This document shows positions 47,925 through 50,551 of a stretch of 50,551 bases of DNA, piece by piece (positions within the stretch are counted from its first letter, which is position 1; each line of letters starts with the position of its first letter). Source of the stretch: Bacteroidota bacterium (GTDB taxonomy: Bacteria > Bacteroidota > Bacteroidia > Bacteroidales > VadinHA17); assembly GCA_037143835.1 (NCBI GenBank), contig JBAWXY010000001.1, positions 1 to 50,551 on the forward strand. Direction: 5' to 3'. Below the pieces are notes generated by a model. It had not been told where the DNA came from. It did no database searches and saw only the letters and a program-made list of their open reading frames with translations. A program made the translations under genes and the position numbers.

Positions 47925-49154
47925 ATGCAACAATCAAATTTCAGGGTGTACGGTACCCGTTGGATAATGCTTAGTGTTTATATGTTAATGGTTGCTGTAA
48001 ATCAACTCTTATGGATCACTTTTGCGCCGATCACTGGAGATGCGACAAAATATTTTGGTGTTTCTGACCTTCAGATAGGGATACTTTCAATGTGTTTTAT
48101 GATCGTTTACATTGTTGTGTCAATTCCTGCATCATGGACAATCGATAAATATGGAATCCGCATCGGGATTGGGATAGGTGCTGTTTTTACCGGGGTTTTT
48201 GGTTTACTTCGTGGATTTGCCGGGACCGATTACAATCTGTTGCTCCTGTCGCAAATTGGTATTGCCATTGGTCAGCCTTTCATTCTGAATGCAATTACTA
48301 AACTGGCTGCCCGTTGGTTCCCCATGAAGGAACGGGCTACAGCAACGGGTCTTGGTACGCTGGCAATGTATCTGGGTATTTTAGCAGGAATGACGCTTAC
48401 CCCATACCTTATTATCGGATCCGGTATAAGCGGTATGCTTTACATTTATGGAATTATTTCGATTATCACTGCTGTAATCTTTCTTTTGTTTATAAAAGAG
48501 GGACCGCCCACAGCTCCCTGCCGTCCGGATCAGGAGGAACGTTCCCTGGTTTTTGATGGTTTCATGCAGGCCCTGCGCACCAAAGATTTTATCTGGTTGA
48601 TGGTCATCTTTTTTATAGGATTGGGCGTATTCAACAGTGTAACCACATGGATAGAGGACATCCTGAGACCACGTGGCTTTTCAGCCACCCAGGCAGGAAT
48701 TACAGGAGGTATGATGATTATTGGAGGGATCATCGGTGCTCTTATTATCCCTTTAATGTCTGATCACTACAAAAAAAGAACGCCATTTATGGTTATCGCC
48801 CTCGTCGGTGCCACTCTTGGCCTTACCGGCATCACATTTGCCACCAGTTACTGGCTTCTGCTTACCTCCGGAATGGTATTAGGATTTTTCCTTCTGAGTG
48901 CCGGGCCGATAGGTTTTCAGTATGGAGCCGAAATAACCTATCCGGCATCGGAAGGTACTTCAAATGGAATGCTTTTGCTGATGGGTCAGATTTCGGGCAT
49001 AGCTTTTATCTTTGGTATGGATAGTCTGAAATCTTCATTAACAGGTTCTATGACCAGATCTTTGATTGTGCTGATAGGGTTAATGGTTCTCAGTATTTTA
49101 ATGTCATTGCGACTGAAGGAATCTATCATTTTAACCAGGGAAGAAGATAAGTAA
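47925..49154 (+). CDS. MFS transporter (substrate unknown)
   Basis: Track ORF 47826..49154 overlaps the trmH end. The ATG at 47925 (MQQSNFRVYGTRWIMLSVYML) precedes TM1. Twelve hydrophobic segments. Confidence 0.75.
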   Translation: MQQSNFRVYGTRWIMLSVYMLMVAVNQLLWITFAPITGDATKYFGVSDLQIGILSMCFMIVYIVVSIPASWTIDKYGIRIGIGIGAVFTGVFGLLRGFAGTDYNLLLLSQIGIAIGQPFILNAITKLAARWFPMKERATATGLGTLAMYLGILAGMTLTPYLIIGSGISGMLYIYGIISIITAVIFLLFIKEGPPTAPCRPDQEERSLVFDGFMQALRTKDFIWLMVIFFIGLGVFNSVTTWIEDILRPRGFSATQAGITGGMMIIGGIIGALIIPLMSDHYKKRTPFMVIALVGATLGLTGITFATSYWLLLTSGMVLGFFLLSAGPIGFQYGAEITYPASEGTSNGMLLLMGQISGIAFIFGMDSLKSSLTGSMTRSLIVLIGLMVLSILMSLRLKESIILTREEDK

Positions 49155-49162
49155 TTGACAAT

Positions 49163-50551
49163 TTAAACTGTATAAGAATCAGAAGACAATTTTTGGGCTA
49201 TTGCCTCAGCAGCTCTTATTCCGTCAACTGCGGAAGATACAATACCCCCGGCATATCCCGATCCTTCACCGCAAGGGTATAAACCACTTATTTTTACATG
49301 ATCAAGTTTTTCAGGGTCTCTTGGAATCCGTATGGGAGAGGATGTTCGCGACTCAACTGCAAGGACAACAGCCTCGTTTGTCAGGTAACCGTTCATCAGA
49401 TGTCCGAATAGTCTGAACCCATCCCTGAGGCGCCTGCCTATTGCTTTTGGCAGCCAGTTATGAAGCGGAGAAGAGGTCACTCCCGGGAAATATGATACTT
49501 TGGGTAGTGAACCGGATGTCTCTCCCGAAACAAAATCAGCAAGGCGTTGCGCAGGAGCTCTTTGTGTATGTCCCCCGTTCTTCCAGGCTTCACGCTCAAG
49601 TTCTTTTTGAAATTCAAGACCGGCCATTTCACCAAAACTACTATACTTAACAAGGTCTTCAGGTTTTATTTCAACTACTATTCCGGAATTGGCATAAGGA
49701 GAATTTCTTCCTGATGGCGACATTCCGTTTACAACCACCTCTTCCTGTGCCGTGGCAGAAGGTACTATAAATCCACCCGGACACATACAAAAGGAATAGA
49801 CTCCCCTTCCATCTACCTGTTTCGCCAGATTATATGAAGCAGCTGGCAAAAATTCTCCTCTTGAATTGCCATGGTATTGGATCCTGTCGATTAACTCCTG
49901 CGGATGCTCAACCCTTACTCCCATAGCGAATGGTTTCATCTCCAACTCAACTCCCCGGTTACGGCATATATCATAAATATCTCTTGCAGAATGGCCCGTT
50001 GCAAGAATAACATACGGAGATTGGTATTTTTCATTATCCGATGTAACAACTCCCTTAATTGAATCACCTTCAATTATCAGATCCGTTACTTTCTTTTCGA
50101 GGATGAACTGACCTCCGGCATCAAGTATCGATTTCCGGATATCAGAGATTATGCCCGGCAGCTTATCCGTACCAAGATGAGGATGAGCCTCATACATTAT
50201 ATTCTCATTAGCTCCATGGAGGCAAAGCAATTCCAGAACCCGTGTATTGTCTCCTCTTTTCTTCGACCGTGTATAAAGCTTACCGTCAGAATAAGTACCG
50301 GCACCACCTTCACCAAAACAATAATTACTATCAGGATCAATAATCTGGTCGCGGCTTATTCTGGCAATATCTTTTTTACGCGACGATACATCGCGGCCTC
50401 TTTCAATTATTACCGGACGTATCCCCAGCTCAATCAAACGGAGGGCGGCAAAGATGCCGGCCGGTCCGGCACCAACAATGATGACTTCTCTCTTCAGCGA
50501 TACATCAACGGGAATAAACGGACTGATCGCGGGTATGGCAGAATCTTCACC
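49163..50551 (-). CDS. FAD-dependent oxidoreductase (COG2509-like), N-terminus beyond window
   Basis: The track starts it at an internal Met (50437). The frame stays open to the window edge and reads ...KREVIIVGAGPAGIFAALRLIELGIRP (GxGxxG FAD-binding motif). The remainder has YPCGEGSGYAGGI near the C-terminus. Confidence 0.8.
   Translation of the reverse strand, partial: GEDSAIPAISPFIPVDVSLKREVIIVGAGPAGIFAALRLIELGIRPVIIERGRDVSSRKKDIARISRDQIIDPDSNYCFGEGGAGTYSDGKLYTRSKKRGDNTRVLELLCLHGANENIMYEAHPHLGTDKLPGIISDIRKSILDAGGQFILEKKVTDLIIEGDSIKGVVTSDNEKYQSPYVILATGHSARDIYDICRNRGVELEMKPFAMGVRVEHPQELIDRIQYHGNSRGEFLPAASYNLAKQVDGRGVYSFCMCPGGFIVPSATAQEEVVVNGMSPSGRNSPYANSGIVVEIKPEDLVKYSSFGEMAGLEFQKELEREAWKNGGHTQRAPAQRLADFVSGETSGSLPKVSYFPGVTSSPLHNWLPKAIGRRLRDGFRLFGHLMNGYLTNEAVVLAVESRTSSPIRIPRDPEKLDHVKISGLYPCGEGSGYAGGIVSSAVDGIRAAEAIAQKLSSDSYTV

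Overview
Densely coding, AT-rich chromosomal segment, almost certainly Bacteroidota. Three things point there: the gene order rpsU - tyrosine recombinase - hpf - tRNA(Thr-Tyr-Gly-Thr) - tuf - tRNA-Trp - secE - nusG - rplKAJL - rpoBC - DUF3467; TAnnTTTG-type -7 promoter boxes; and many lipoprotein signals plus an S46 peptidase. Left end (1-6.6 kb): a small xylan/xyloside module (Tat-signal Gfo/Idh/MocA oxidoreductase, GPH symporter, GH10 xylanase lipoprotein, GH3 glycosidase). Next come a sugar MFS transporter with a ROK kinase, a malic enzyme, a cytidylate-kinase-like protein and an NfeD/SPFH pair. The anaerobic/peptide neighbourhood at 13.6-24.8 kb holds a HypD-like glycyl radical enzyme with its activase, an M3 Dcp peptidase, a Crp/Fnr regulator divergent from a ferredoxin-like gene, pdxB and a DPP11-like S46 peptidase. 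A tightly coupled four-gene operon follows (DUF2520, kdsC, UbiA-family, maf). The ribosomal/RNA polymerase superoperon fills 28.3-43.3 kb. The right end has a ComEA-like HhH protein, a BamA/TamA-family OMP, a TrmH methyltransferase, an MFS transporter and an FAD oxidoreductase. Two edge-truncated CDSs (1..1250 and 49163..50551, both minus) are missing or shortened in the supplied ORF track. Several track ORFs carry N-terminal extensions, some starting at TTG, which I trimmed. I found no CRISPR array, IS element, prophage, toxin-antitoxin pair or recognisable defence system, and no convincing novel multi-gene system. The best second-look items are non-coding: a 724-bp gene-free gap with an orphan intrinsic terminator upstream of dcp, two families of short dispersed repeats, and a strong Crp/Fnr-type operator. 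Protein-level oddities include an activase lacking auxiliary-cluster cysteines, a His-rich ferredoxin-like protein, DUF3467 coupled to rpoC, and a D-to-N change in a UbiA motif. All homology calls rest on motif recognition by eye, not database searches.
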